Shown here: positions 1-11,201 of the stretch, piece after piece | Position numbering within the stretch: position 1 is the stretch's first letter | Layout of the letters: each line of letters starts with the position of its first letter | Assembly (NCBI RefSeq): GCF_013365455.1 | Contig: NZ_CP046578.1 | Span: forward strand, 420,001 to 452,000 | Direction: 5' to 3' | DNA: 32,000 bases | DNA from: Wolbachia endosymbiont of Dirofilaria (Dirofilaria) immitis | GTDB taxonomy: Bacteria; Pseudomonadota; Alphaproteobacteria; Rickettsiales; Anaplasmataceae | Program-made: the position numbers and the translations under genes | The notes under the pieces: model-generated | Told to the model about the DNA's origin: nothing | The model's database searches: none | Seen by the model: only the letters and a program-made list of their open reading frames with translations

Positions 1-1938
1 TCCTGGGTGGTAATATTCTTTTTCTGCTTTTTCTATAGTTAAGTCATCACAATTGACACCGAAAAATTCCAGAACCATTATGAGATCAGCCTTTACATCA
101 AAAATATCTACTTTTCTGTTGGAATTATAATGGTTCCTCGGCAAATTATTTCCTGACCTAATTTCATTTAAAACATGCTTAGGCTGATTGAGACTATCGT
201 AAATTGGCCCAATTTCAAAAATCGCAAGATCAGGTATTCCATGAGTAATATTATCTGCAGTAACTTGCAATAAATTTGGCATAATACTTGGCCTCATTAT
301 GTTGAAGTTATTATTAAATGGGTTATCAATAGTAACTAACTTATCTGAGTAACCAAACTTTTCAGCTGTTGATTTACTCATAAATGACCAAGTGAGCACT
401 TCATGAAATCCTCTACTTGCCATTAAAGTACGCAGACTATCTTGCACACTAATTTCTACCGTAGTATTACCTATTAGCGGTTCTTCCTTTATTTTGTCAT
501 AGCCATATATTCTCACTACTTCTTCAACTAAATCAGCAGGTATAGAAACATCTGGCCTCCAGCTTGGTACTCGTACATTCCAATTACTTCCAGTTCTTTT
601 ATCAATATTAAATCCTAGATTTGTTAAGATATTAAATATCTCATCTGGTGATGCAGATACACCTCCAAACTTGCTTACATCTTGATAATCAAAATCTACT
701 TTGGTATTAACCTTACCTAAACCGCCGTTAGCAGATACTACACTTGAAACCTCTCCACCACATAGACCTAAAACCATTTGAGTTGCAAGGCTCAGTACAT
801 CAAATTCAGGGTCAACTGAGCGTGCGAATCTATAACTTGAGTCTGTAGAGATACCCAGCTGCCTTGAAGATTTAGTGATAGAAATAGGGTCAAACCAAGA
901 AGACTCTAAAAAAATATCAGTGGTTTCAAGAGTGCATTCACTATACTTACCACCTATAATTCCAGCAATTGCATGAGTATTTTTACTATCAGCAATAACA
1001 CTTATGTCTTTGTTTAATAAATACTCTTTACCATTCAAATCAGTAAATTTTTCTTCGCTGTTTGCTTTGCGTACTATAAGTTCTCCTTCTATCTTTTTTG
1101 CATCATATACATGTATTGGGCGGCCAAAGGATATCATGATGTAATTAGTAATATCAACTATTGAAGAAATGGAGCGCATTCCTATTGACTGTAGCCTATC
1201 TTTTAGCCAATTTGGGCTCTCTCTATTTTTTACATTGATAATATGTGTTCCACTAATAAAGCTTTTCCCATCGGTGACCTTAACATGTATAGAAGAATTC
1301 CTTTTCATTAAAGTAGCAGGGAACTGAGATTTATCTTGGATTTCATTGTTATGCGCTGGAATGATATCGAAGCGAGTTAAAGCCTTTAACGTTCCAATTC
1401 CAGTTGCTGCCAAGTCACGTGCTATTCCATAAACACTTAAACAATCTCCACGATTTGGAGTAACATTTATATCAATTACAGGATTGTAATTGAAAAATTT
1501 ATCTCCTACTTTATAATCATTAGAAAGCTTGATTATTCCTTCAATTTCTCCTTGGGTCGACGCACGTTCAGAAGTAAAACAAGACATCTCTTTGCTTGGT
1601 AATCCCTGTATTTTTATAGGTTTGGCCATAAAATCGTCTTCCGGTAACGCGCTACTAGAAGGTGTGAGTACAGTTCTTATACTTTCTCTAATATTTTTTG
1701 TTCCATGAGCTATCTGTGAAACTCTGCTGCTGTCATTTGTTTTACGTAACCTTAACTTATCAGTGTTTGGGTAAGATACGACTTCTAATACTTTTTCAGT
1801 AGTAACCCCAGCCAATTTAGTATTGTTGTTGGTCACGTTTTCTACTTCCAGCCCTATATGAGTTAACTTATCAGTAATTTCTTCTAAACTAGCACTGGTT
1901 TTTAAATATTCTAGTAACCAAGATAACGTAAATTTCAT
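1..1938 (-). CDS. pheT: Phenylalanine--tRNA ligase beta subunit, N-terminal 646 codons; the 3' end runs off the left edge of the window
   Basis: Absent from the ORF track because no stop falls inside the window. Translating the minus strand from ATG at 1938 gives [35 protein letters not shown]..., the canonical PheT N-terminus. The frame stays open to nt 1, ending ...AEKEYYHPG. If a stop existed, the track would have listed a minus ORF here. Confidence 0.85.
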   Translation of the reverse strand, partial: MKFTLSWLLEYLKTSASLEEITDKLTHIGLEVENVTNNNTKLAGVTTEKVLEVVSYPNTDKLRLRKTNDSSRVSQIAHGTKNIRESIRTVLTPSSSALPEDDFMAKPIKIQGLPSKEMSCFTSERASTQGEIEGIIKLSNDYKVGDKFFNYNPVIDINVTPNRGDCLSVYGIARDLAATGIGTLKALTRFDIIPAHNNEIQDKSQFPATLMKRNSSIHVKVTDGKSFISGTHIINVKNRESPNWLKDRLQSIGMRSISSIVDITNYIMISFGRPIHVYDAKKIEGELIVRKANSEEKFTDLNGKEYLLNKDISVIADSKNTHAIAGIIGGKYSECTLETTDIFLESSWFDPISITKSSRQLGISTDSSYRFARSVDPEFDVLSLATQMVLGLCGGEVSSVVSANGGLGKVNTKVDFDYQDVSKFGGVSASPDEIFNILTNLGFNIDKRTGSNWNVRVPSWRPDVSIPADLVEEVVRIYGYDKIKEEPLIGNTTVEISVQDSLRTLMASRGFHEVLTWSFMSKSTAEKFGYSDKLVTIDNPFNNNFNIMRPSIMPNLLQVTADNITHGIPDLAIFEIGPIYDSLNQPKHVLNEIRSGNNLPRNHYNSNRKVDIFDVKADLIMVLEFFGVNCDDLTIEKAEKEYYHPG

Positions 1939-2568
1939 TGATATAAAAAGAAATAAAAAACCTATTGTAATATAAAATGCGGTGGTTTTAAAACTTATGA
2001 TTTTTAATTCTTTCTTTTGAAAATATACAACTGATTATTTATGTCTTTCTAATTTTTTTTAATGAATAAAATGGATTTAGAAGGGGAAATATATACTATT
2101 TTTAGTAACGATTACAACCATCTTTTCCATGTTTTACGCATTAGTTACTATTATGTGTTCTAAATCATTTATTTCACAAAATTACACAGTAATCACCAAT
2201 TCTTAATTTTTTTCTTCCTAAAATTTTAAATAATAAAGATTTTTCTGTTTTACTGAGAGTGATTTTCTTGTGTAATTTTTTGAACTCTTATTCTTGTAAA
2301 AACTTGATTTTATAAGATCTTAGCTCTACTTAATATCAGTGTTTAACTTTTACTGTACCTAAAGCACTATACTTAGTAGCAAGTTCAGTTAGCATGAAAT
2401 TTTCTTTCTCAATTTCAATTGCTCTCTACATCAATTCTTATGCTTTATTTTTCAGTAAATAAAATAGTTTATATAATAGTAATACATGATATTAAAATCT
2501 TAAAATAAATATTTTATGTCTTAATGCACTTCCATACCTCACTTTTAGCACAATGAACTATTTAAGCT

Positions 2569-3681
2569 TTAAAACAACATCCTGAAAAACTTTTCTACAT
2601 AGTTTAGTTCCTGTACTTCATTTACTGCATAAAGTGGTATAGTTTGCTGCTTGATGCCTGGTATTTTTATAAAAATCTTGCCTACTTCTTGCCCTTTTTT
2701 AATTGGTGCAGGTATCATATCTTTATATTCAACATGCACCTTAATTTTATCATGCAAATTACGACTGTAGGTTATGATAACGTCTCTTGCAACTGTGATA
2801 GGTACTTTTCTATCTTTTCCGTATAGGACATTTACTTCCTCAATTATATCATCTTTAGTGAATATTTTTTTAGTATGAAAATGGTCTAAAGAATATTGAA
2901 TCAGTCTTTTTGCTTCTTCTATTCTCTCTTTCTCAGTGCTCAAACCATTTACGACAACGAAAACTCTCCTATCATTTCGTCTTGCAGATGCTACAATTCC
3001 ATATGCACCAGCACTCGTATAACCAGTCTTTAATCCGTCAACCCCGATTCCATAAAAAAGGAGAAGATTTTTATTTTTTTGTAAGACTTCATTATATGTT
3101 AAATATTGCTCAGAAAATAAGTCATAATACTCAGGGAAATCAGTGAAGATTCTCTTTGCTAGCACCACTAAGTCTTTTGCACTCATGAAGTGAGCTTCAT
3201 CCGGCCATCCACTTGAATTGACAAAGTGACTATTGCTTAGGCCTAATTTTTGTGCGATTTCATTCATTTCAATTACAAAATTCTCTTCTGATCCCGCAAT
3301 GCCTTCAGCTAGTGTTATGCAAGCATCATTACCTGAAACTATTACGATTCCTTCGAGCAACTCTTTTACTGTAACAAACTGACCTTCTCTTAAAAACATA
3401 GAAGAGCCTTTTCTTTTCCATGCCTTTTTACTTACTTGAAATTTATCTTCCATGTTTATTACCCCGGCTTTTAAATAGGCAAAAGCTATATATAAAGTCA
3501 TCAATTTGCTCATTGAAGATGGAGCTATTTTTTCATCAGGGTTATGCTCAAAAATGAACGAGTCTGAGGCTAAGTCCAAAATCACTGCTTGCTTTGCTTT
3601 AGTTCTAAATTGATATGAATATGAAAAAAAAGGGAATGAAAAGACTAACAGCAAAATTGCCAATTTATCTAATACGCTCAT
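2569..3681 (-). CDS. D-alanyl-D-alanine carboxypeptidase (serine peptidase S11, PBP5/6-like)
   Basis: 370-aa ORF with a hydrophobic N-terminal signal sequence (LAILLLVFSFPFFSYS). It carries the three penicillin-binding motifs in order: SxxK (SMSK), SxN (SGND) and KTG (KTGYT). Confidence 0.85.
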   Translation of the reverse strand: MSVLDKLAILLLVFSFPFFSYSYQFRTKAKQAVILDLASDSFIFEHNPDEKIAPSSMSKLMTLYIAFAYLKAGVINMEDKFQVSKKAWKRKGSSMFLREGQFVTVKELLEGIVIVSGNDACITLAEGIAGSEENFVIEMNEIAQKLGLSNSHFVNSSGWPDEAHFMSAKDLVVLAKRIFTDFPEYYDLFSEQYLTYNEVLQKNKNLLLFYGIGVDGLKTGYTSAGAYGIVASARRNDRRVFVVVNGLSTEKERIEEAKRLIQYSLDHFHTKKIFTKDDIIEEVNVLYGKDRKVPITVARDVIITYSRNLHDKIKVHVEYKDMIPAPIKKGQEVGKIFIKIPGIKQQTIPLYAVNEVQELNYVEKFFRMLF

Positions 3682-4143
3682 AGTTTTAAGTTTATAGTGT
3701 ACTAATTAATAGTATGATTATGCGCTAGCATTTTAATGAAATTAAGATAAAATTTTATACATATGATATAACTTGCTGCAGTATAATGTATAGAATTATG
3801 AGCTCAAAACATTTTAAAGTACAAAAAACATGAACTAGAAGTAGACAAGTGGTGCTTTTACTACAGTTGATCAACATATTAATGGAAAGAGATGCAAGTG
3901 TTATAATTCATATGATAGAAACTCAGATAACAGTACAATTTTAGCACTACAGTAGTAGTAGGACATTTTTTACATGTTACGTGCATGCATAGTGTGTAAT
4001 AGAGAAGCAATATCAGATTTTGAGTAGAATTTAGAGGATTGCAATATATCATTGAGAAAATGAACAAGAGAATTAAAAATACAGCAAAAAGTAAAACCAT
4101 TTTTAGTGGTAAGAGACTTTAAAAGGGGACCATGGCTTTAAGC

Positions 4144-4518
4144 TTATCTTGACAAAACTTTACAGCAACCCTTTTTATTTATTTCTTTTGATTGTATTTC
4201 ACTTGCTTGAGTACTAGATTTGAGTGTGAGATATGTTATACCACTAACCGCTAATATAGATGTTACTACTATACTAGCCATTGCTCACATATCATCTAGT
4301 CTAACTGTGTGTTCAAGTGCAGTAAACACTGCTAACCCAGCAACAAGACCAGAGCAAATAGAGTTGTACACGAAACTTTTGATTGTTTAGATTAGTTTGT
4401 TTCTAGCAGTTATTTTTACTGCTTTATCGGCTAGGACTATTTGTGCTGCTTAGGGTAACGCTTGCCTTTCTCTAATATCTCTCCCACCTCTAATACTCTC
4501 TGTATTTCCTGTTCTAAT
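4144..4518 (-). pseudogene. Decayed small membrane-protein gene (unidentified family)
   Basis: One minus-strand frame reads IRTGNTESIRGGRDIRERQALP*AAQIVLADKAVKITARNKLI*TIKSFVYNSICSGLVAGLAVFTALEHTVRLDDM*AMASIVVTSILAVSGITYLTLKSSTQASEIQSKEINKKGCCKVLSR*. That is 3 internal stops in about 125 codons, whereas roughly 9-10 would be expected at random for this base composition. Two TM-like hydrophobic stretches are present. No family assignment is possible by eye. Confidence 0.3.
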
Positions 4519-4668
4519 GGTATAATAAACGTTAGTTAAATCACACTTAAAATAATATAATGACTTCAAAATCTGTAGTTAAGTCATACTTATCATGATA
4601 TATTCATAAAATTTTAGCGTAAGATTGCCTTAATTGTGTTAATTTATAGCTTAAGACTGAAAATATTT

Positions 4669-7209
4669 ATGTTGGAAGGAAAATACAGTTTTAAAGAAAT
4701 TGAAGCTAAATGCAACATATTGTGGGAGGGAAATCAAGTTTATAAATGGAACGGTGACAAGGATAACACTTTTACTATAGATACACCTCCGCCGACGATA
4801 TCAGGGAAATTGCATATTGGACATATATTTAGTTATTGCCATACAGACTTTATTTCAAGGTTTCAGCGTATGCTTGGAAAAGATGTATTTTATCCAATTG
4901 GGTTTGATGATAATGGACTTCCTACTGAAAGATTAGTAGAACAAGCCTATAAGACTAATGCAAGAGAAGTTGGTAAAGGAAAGTTTATAGAGATGTGCCA
5001 TGAAGTTATTGAAAAGTCAAAGCAAGAATTTAAGGAATTATTCAAATCAGTTGGCATGAGTTATGACTGGAGTTTGGAGTATCACACAATCAGCAGAGAA
5101 GCTGTGGCACTTTCTCAAATGTCGTTTATTGATCTATATAACAAAGGGTATGCATATAGAAAAATGCAACCCATTGTTTGGGACCCAGTTGATAAAACTA
5201 CGATTGCACAAGCAGAAGTAGAGGATAAAGTCTTTGAGTCATCCTTAAATACGATAGTTTTTTTTACTGAGAAAAATGAGCAAATTAAGGTTGCAACCAC
5301 ACGGCCTGAGCTGCTTTTAGCATGTGTTGCAGTTTTCTGCCACCCAGAGGATGCACGCTATACTCATTTAATTGGAAAAGTAGCCTTAGCACCGATAACA
5401 GGAGAAAAAATTCCAATAATAGCTGATAATAAGGTAAGAATAGATAAAGGTACTGGGCTTGCTATGTGCTGTACATTTGGTGACGAACTCGACATATATT
5501 GGCAGCAAAAGTATAGCTTACCGATGAAAGTTATCGTTGATCAGGATGGAAGGATAAGTCTAGGCTCAGTTTATCATAATAATAGATCCCAATATCAAGG
5601 TGCCAGGATGATAGAAGAGAGGTCTATTTGGATAACGAAAGAGGATGTAACACACAATGCTAGAATCTATAATGAACTAAATGGGTTAAAGGTTAAAGAA
5701 GCAAGGAGGAGGATAATTGAAATTCTAACTGAAAAGGGACTTTTGATAAAAAGCACTAATATATCTCATTCTGTAAGGTGTGCAGAAAGATCTGGTGCAC
5801 CACTTGAGATATTACCTACTTATCAATGGTTTATCAAGATTTTAGATCAAAAGGCTAAAGTGCTGGATAAGGTAAAAAAATGTAATTGGCATCCGAGCAC
5901 TATGCGTAAACGTATGGAAGTGTGGATAGAAGGATTGAATTGCGACTGGTGTATCTCAAGACAGCGTTACTTTGGTGTACCATTTCCAGTGTGGTATTCA
6001 AAACGTAAAGGAGAAGAAGGCACAATTATTTTAGCTGAAGCAAAGGATTTACCTATGGATCCACTTAAAGATTTACCAAAAGGATATAGTAAAGAAGAGG
6101 TCATCTCAGATCAAGATGTTATGGATACTTGGTTCACAAGTGCAATTACTCCTCAGTTAAATGCGTTGGCGATAAACAATGAGTTTCACTTGCCAGGTCA
6201 TCGATACGATAAGGTATTCCCTGTAGATCTACGCAGTCAAAGCCATGAGATAATAAGAACTTGGGCATTTTATACGATTTTGAAGGCACATTATCATGCG
6301 AATTCATTGCCGTGGAAAAATATTATGATCAGCGGCTGGTGTTTAACTCATGATAAAAAAAAGATGAGTAAATCTAAAGGTAATGTTATTACTCCTCATG
6401 CAATGCTTGATGCTTATGGGGCTGATGTAGTGCGTTATTGGGCAGCAAATTCAAGGCTTGGAGCTGATACAGTTTACTCCGAGAATATACTTAAAGTCGG
6501 CAAGCGACTTATTACAAAACTTTGGAATGCAAGCAAATTTGTTTCCATATTTATAGGGAAACATCAAGCTATAAGTATAAATTCTGTTAGTGAAATGATG
6601 GACAGGTGGATGTTGTCTAAGCTATATAAAGTTATAGAAAAGGCAACAAGTAATCTATTACAGTTTAAGTACTGCGAAGCTTTGAATGTAGTAGAGGAAT
6701 TTTTCTGGGAGGATTTTTGTAATAATTACTTAGAGTTGGTAAAAAGACGCGCATATGGAGATATTGTTACTAACAGAGCGAACTTAAGTGCGAAGCAGAG
6801 TTTAGCGTACGCATTAAGTATTGTTTTGCGATTATTTGCACCTTTTTTACCGTACATTACAGAAGAAATACATTACCAATTGTACAGCTGTAATTCTGTA
6901 CATACTCAAAGCAATTGGCCGGATAAGGAAGAACTTGTCTATGATAAGCATTCTGAGGAAATGGGAGATGATTTTATACAAATATTAAATACTGTGAGAG
7001 AAATAAAGGCAGATAACAAAGTATCAGTTAAGCATCGGATAAAGAAATTGATAATAAAAACAAACCTACAAGAGGATAAGTTGAACCAATCTGCACAGGA
7101 TGATTTGCAGACAGTATGTAATGCTGAAGTGATAGAGTGGAGTGAGGATACACACCTAGGATTTGAAACTGAAAATGGAAAGTTTATCATAAAAATAAAT
7201 TTATATTGA
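4669..7209 (+). CDS. valS: Valine--tRNA ligase (class I, archaeal/Rickettsiales-like type)
   Basis: HIGH-type motif (TPPPTISGKLHIGH), KMSKS motif (KMSKSKGN), CP1/editing signature GTGLAMCCTFGD and DWCISRQRYFGVPFPVWY. The track starts at GTG 4636. I use ATG 4669 (MLEGKYSFKEIEAKCN...) as the more plausible start. Confidence 0.8.
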   Translation: MLEGKYSFKEIEAKCNILWEGNQVYKWNGDKDNTFTIDTPPPTISGKLHIGHIFSYCHTDFISRFQRMLGKDVFYPIGFDDNGLPTERLVEQAYKTNAREVGKGKFIEMCHEVIEKSKQEFKELFKSVGMSYDWSLEYHTISREAVALSQMSFIDLYNKGYAYRKMQPIVWDPVDKTTIAQAEVEDKVFESSLNTIVFFTEKNEQIKVATTRPELLLACVAVFCHPEDARYTHLIGKVALAPITGEKIPIIADNKVRIDKGTGLAMCCTFGDELDIYWQQKYSLPMKVIVDQDGRISLGSVYHNNRSQYQGARMIEERSIWITKEDVTHNARIYNELNGLKVKEARRRIIEILTEKGLLIKSTNISHSVRCAERSGAPLEILPTYQWFIKILDQKAKVLDKVKKCNWHPSTMRKRMEVWIEGLNCDWCISRQRYFGVPFPVWYSKRKGEEGTIILAEAKDLPMDPLKDLPKGYSKEEVISDQDVMDTWFTSAITPQLNALAINNEFHLPGHRYDKVFPVDLRSQSHEIIRTWAFYTILKAHYHANSLPWKNIMISGWCLTHDKKKMSKSKGNVITPHAMLDAYGADVVRYWAANSRLGADTVYSENILKVGKRLITKLWNASKFVSIFIGKHQAISINSVSEMMDRWMLSKLYKVIEKATSNLLQFKYCEALNVVEEFFWEDFCNNYLELVKRRAYGDIVTNRANLSAKQSLAYALSIVLRLFAPFLPYITEEIHYQLYSCNSVHTQSNWPDKEELVYDKHSEEMGDDFIQILNTVREIKADNKVSVKHRIKKLIIKTNLQEDKLNQSAQDDLQTVCNAEVIEWSEDTHLGFETENGKFIIKINLY

Positions 7210-8493
7210 TTCTTATATAAATTTTCTTGACTGCTTTCATGTTCATATTTCCAACAATTATCGCTGTACATGTGAGGAAGGAATAATGGATGGATTTATA
7301 AGGCCAACACACTACATATCTTAAGTCAGTATTTTACTACTTTAACATTGATTGTATCCTGGACACTTTCTATTGTAGCTTACATTGGGTTCTTGTTTTC
7401 AGTTGCATTTTTTACGTAGCTTTTCTTGTCGTCTTGAGTTTACCTATGCTTTCTATTTTTCTATTTGCATTTCTATATAAGATAATTGGCAACAATAAAA
7501 AAATGGGAGCTAAGTGAGCTGTAAACAAATAGGTAGAGGAAAGAAAAATTAGTTGGTTGAATAAATTATACCAAGAGAAGTAGAGTTTAATAGGCAAAAT
7601 TAAAGGATTAGGTTATAAGCTATATCAGTCGAAGGAAGAGAAAATTGGTGTGTAGCAAGAATTAAGAGAAAGAAGAAGGTCAGTTAAAAATATCAAGATA
7701 AAATTTTCTCCTTTAGAGAGAACTTGAAAAGTTTAAAAGGGAAATAAGAAAAATAAATAAAGAAGTGAAAAAGTTGTGAGAGGTTTAAAGTGACGTAGCA
7801 CAAGAGGCAAGAATATTGTCTGAGGAGAAGAGGAATAATTCTGTTTCAGTAAATAAAGCTAAGTATTTACGGATAATAGCTAATTAATCTGAAATGCAAG
7901 TTAAAGTCATCTTATCTTCCTTGGATATAAATGATAAATACTTTGTGCTAGAGTTTGAAAAACAAGCTTGCTGGTAGACAATTGTCAAAACTAAGCTACC
8001 TGCGCATTCACATAGCAAAACTAAGAAGATCTTCTAGAAAATTTACCGACATGCTTATTTTTTAACTACATGATTTGATAAAATAAGTACAATAAACAAT
8101 TTAACTTTAGATTAATCAGGCTAAAATGCATACAAGTTGTAAGGTAAAATGAAAGCCACTATAGAAGAGAATAAAAAAAGGATCTTTTAAAAGGAGAATA
8201 ATATTAGTTTATCGCTTTCAAGAAAGTAACAAACATTGTAACTCAAATAACATGATACTTTGTGTACAATAGAGGAGATTTGCTATTAAAAATAGGTATT
8301 TTTCTCTCTGTGCAAATAGATTTTAACAAATATACACACTTTAGCCTTTAGGAAAGAATAATGAGTAGCTTACTTTTAAAAGTCGATATGGTTTATCTTA
8401 TAGCTATATTGCGGTAATTGCAAGAAGTAAGGTCTTGTTGTTAAAAAGAAGTTATTCAATGTTTGCTAAATGAAGTTTTACATGTAGAAGATT

Positions 8494-8650
8494 CTAGATA
8501 TGTTAATAAAGTAATCTGCTCAATTAGATCTGCTGATATTTTACGTACCATACATCGGACTATATATAACTTAGATTAGATCTAGCTAGCACTTTGTAGG
8601 CTTTATGATTTTCTTAAGGTAAAAAGGTTGCAAAATACAATAATTGTTTT
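8494..8650 (+). pseudogene. Degenerate partial copy of the pyrF 5' region, directly upstream of intact pyrF
   Basis: Collinear matches to pyrF with a constant offset of 200-213 nt. ctagata is at 8494 versus 8707. atattNtacgt is at 8536 versus 8747. aacttNgattaga is at 8568 versus 8777. An exact 16-mer aaaaaggttgcaaaat lies at 8621-8636 versus 8821-8836. Peptide traces match as well: ILR, and KKVAK(Y/C)N against pyrF KKVAKCN. The copy is interrupted by stops and frame changes. Confidence 0.5.
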
Positions 8651-8685
8651 ATAATTTGCAAGAGGATTATGCGAAAAGGCATGTG

Positions 8686-9363
8686 ATGAATCCAATAGTG
8701 TGTGCGCTAGATACGCAAGATTTAAATGAGGCCATATCCTTGGTTAATATTCTACGTGATAAAGTTGGTATGATAAAACTTGGATTAGAATTTTTTGCTG
8801 CCCATGGTCCTTCTGGGGTGAAAAAGGTTGCAAAATGTAATGTACCAATCTTTTTAGATCTAAAATTATATGATATTCCGAACACTGTAACTAAAACAGT
8901 TGAAGCAATAAAAGCTTTAGGTGTTGAAATATTAACATTACATGTTAGTGGTGGAACAAGAATGCTAAAGGAGGCTCTAAATGTAGTGAAGAAAACAAAA
9001 ATAGAACTGATTGGGGTAACTGTGCTAACTAGCATGAGTAATAGAGATTTAAGTAAGCTTGGGATAGCAAGAGAAACGAAATCACAGGTAATTTTATTGG
9101 CAAAAATTGCAAAAAAAGTTGGTCTGCATGGAATAGTTTGCTCTGCAATGGAAGCTCAGGAAGTGCGCAAAGAGTGTGGTAAAAACTTTAAGATTATTAC
9201 TCCAGGAATTCGCATAAATTCCAGCCACGATGACCAAAAAAGAATAGTAACACCAAAAGAAGCAATAGATTCAGGAGCTGATTATATTGTAATTGGCAGG
9301 CCCATTACAAAGAGCGGTAGTCCTACAAATAGTGTAGAATTGATATTAAAATCATTGACCTGA
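8686..9363 (+). CDS. pyrF: Orotidine 5'-phosphate decarboxylase
   Basis: MNPIVCALDTQD...IKLGLEFF...PIFLDLKLYDIPNT...IVIGRPIT are the typical OMP decarboxylase motifs (DxKxxD active-site region, C-terminal GRPI). The track starts at TTG 8644. ATG 8686 matches the conserved N-terminus. Confidence 0.85.
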   Translation: MNPIVCALDTQDLNEAISLVNILRDKVGMIKLGLEFFAAHGPSGVKKVAKCNVPIFLDLKLYDIPNTVTKTVEAIKALGVEILTLHVSGGTRMLKEALNVVKKTKIELIGVTVLTSMSNRDLSKLGIARETKSQVILLAKIAKKVGLHGIVCSAMEAQEVRKECGKNFKIITPGIRINSSHDDQKRIVTPKEAIDSGADYIVIGRPITKSGSPTNSVELILKSLT

Positions 9364-10269
9364 TTAAGATTAAAAGAAAATTAAAAAAAAAGTATTTAAC
9401 ATAAACGAGTAGACATTATATGGTATTATTGTTTTTATTTTTCCTTGCTGGACTGAGTTAAGTATTATATGTAATGTGTGGCACTGCTTGGCACCGTATG
9501 GTTTCTCGGCTATCTTTCTACAAACGCAACGATCGTGGAGAATAATGTCGATGTATTTCATTTTTATGAAAATTTCCTTTTTAAATGAATTAGCTGTATC
9601 ATTGGGATATTAAAATAATCTCAGACTCAAGAAATTAAAAGCAAGAGGTATGCTGATCCTATAACAACCGAGCAGTTGTATAAGACAAATAGTAATATCA
9701 ACAATTATAAGGAGTTCTTAGATTTGATAGAAATTGTAATTTAATGTTCAGAAATTAGAATAGATTTCAGTACAAGTAATAAATATTCTTCTGATTATAT
9801 CTACAAGGGAAATGCATTTGTTAATGTTGAAGGCTGGTAGTAAAAAAGATTGCCGAGACCTTTAGTAAGGAAGAAAATAAAGCCTTTATCAAAAGTGAGA
9901 ATATGTTTCCACCTCAATAAGGTAAATTAAAACTGATAAGTTAGATAGTAATACAATAATGTTTATATTATTCTTTAGGTAAAGATTATTTTAAATTATG
10001 ACTACTAAAATCTCATAAGTCAACATTTTTTTTACAATTAAGCTTGTTACTTAAAGTATCAAGATACCATTATATAAATACACTTTATTTGAAGTTTTTT
10101 ATTGCTAAGCATGCCAGCAAAAAAGCTATGAACACCACACAAGGTAAGGGCTATAAGTTTAAATGAGAATTGAAAATTTCTGTAGCATCATTTTCCTCCA
10201 ATATACATTGGAATTATATAGTCTATTGTTGAAAATTGCTGTAACGTTCGCGTATTTAGTCCATAGCTC

Positions 10270-11094
10270 CTATAACCACTTAGCTAGAGGTGGCATTGAC
10301 ATCATAATTGCGTCTGGATCACCATCAGTCATCAAACCAAACCTTGTACCACGATCATAAAGTAGGTTAAATTCCACATACCTACCACGTTTTATTAATT
10401 GGGTCTCTCGCTGTTCTTTTGTCCAAGGTTTTTGCATATGTTGATGTATAATATGCAAATAAATTTTCAAAAAGGTTTTGCCTATTGCTTTTATAAACTT
10501 GAAATCACTTTCCCAGCTACCAGAGTTAAGATTGTCGTAAAAAATTCCACCAATACCGCGAGGTTCTTTTCTATGCTGTAAGAAAAAGTAGTTATCACAT
10601 TGCTCTTTAAATTTTGGATAATATACAGTATCAAATTCATCACATGTCTCCTTAATTGATTTATGGATATACTGATAGTCTTCTTTGTCTTTATATGTCG
10701 GGGTAAAATCTATCCCTCCACCAAACCATTGTTTTGATGTATATATTAGTCTCGTATTCATATGTGCCGCAGGGACAAGGGGAGATTGCATGTGAGATAC
10801 TAAAGATATACCGCTTGCCCAAAACTTTCCATTGCTCTCATTTGCACCAGGAATTTCATTTATAATTTGATCTGCGAACTTTCCATATACCTTTGAAACG
10901 TTTACTCCTACCTTCTCAAAAACACTACCGTAAATAATTGTGGATTCACCACCTCCACCACCTGGGCGATCCCATTTTCTTTTTTCAACTTTCGGATTTG
11001 TAGACAACTGTTCTTCAATCAACAAGAAAGATTTCACAATTTTATCTCTTAGCACACAAAACCATTCAAAAGCTTGTATTTTCTGTTCTCTCAT
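10270..11094 (-). CDS. hemF: Oxygen-dependent coproporphyrinogen-III oxidase
   Basis: 274-aa ORF with the HemF hallmarks WDRPGGGGGES, QWFGGGIDFTPTY and RRGRYVEFNLLYDRGTRFGL. Confidence 0.9.
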   Translation of the reverse strand: MREQKIQAFEWFCVLRDKIVKSFLLIEEQLSTNPKVEKRKWDRPGGGGGESTIIYGSVFEKVGVNVSKVYGKFADQIINEIPGANESNGKFWASGISLVSHMQSPLVPAAHMNTRLIYTSKQWFGGGIDFTPTYKDKEDYQYIHKSIKETCDEFDTVYYPKFKEQCDNYFFLQHRKEPRGIGGIFYDNLNSGSWESDFKFIKAIGKTFLKIYLHIIHQHMQKPWTKEQRETQLIKRGRYVEFNLLYDRGTRFGLMTDGDPDAIMMSMPPLAKWL

Positions 11095-11201
11095 AATGTT
11101 TTGCCAATAGTGCCAAAAATTACTGATAGTAATTATATATCAAAGATGTTAATAAGTCTATAGTAATTAAATAGGTATAATGAAGCATTGTTATATGTAA
11201 A

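Noticed and set aside
3879-4100. 73-aa minus ORF in the dac-valS gap. Similar isolated ORFs lie at 7412-7597, 9370-9561, 14116-14346, 14481-14669, 14652-14891, 17354-17539 and 17841-18120.
   Set aside because: They have aromatic/Ile/Leu-rich low-complexity products, as expected from AT-rich non-coding DNA. There are no motifs and no plausible ribosome-binding context. At best they are fragments of decayed genes.
4636-4668. N-terminal extensions offered by the ORF track: valS GTG 4636, pyrF TTG 8644, dnaJ TTG 15837 and prfB TTG 20756
   Set aside because: In each case a downstream ATG gives the conserved family N-terminus (MLEGKY..., MNPIVCALD..., [10 protein letters not shown]...). For prfB, the real start is upstream in frame 0 (ATG 20668) via the +1 frameshift.
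8667-9035. 122-aa minus-strand ORF antisense to pyrF. The same kind of ORF occurs at 16406-16741 in dnaJ, 18723-18989 in pdhB, 11549-11904 in cckA and 6939-7271 at the valS 3' end.
   Set aside because: All are fully or mostly nested antisense in well-supported conserved genes, and none has recognisable motifs. They are treated as shadow ORFs.
11095-11201. CtrA-box (TTAA-N7-TTAA) search in the hemF/cckA divergent promoter and other spacers
   Set aside because: No properly spaced box was found upstream of cckA. TTAA is so frequent at this base composition that isolated matches elsewhere would be uninformative without genome-wide statistics.
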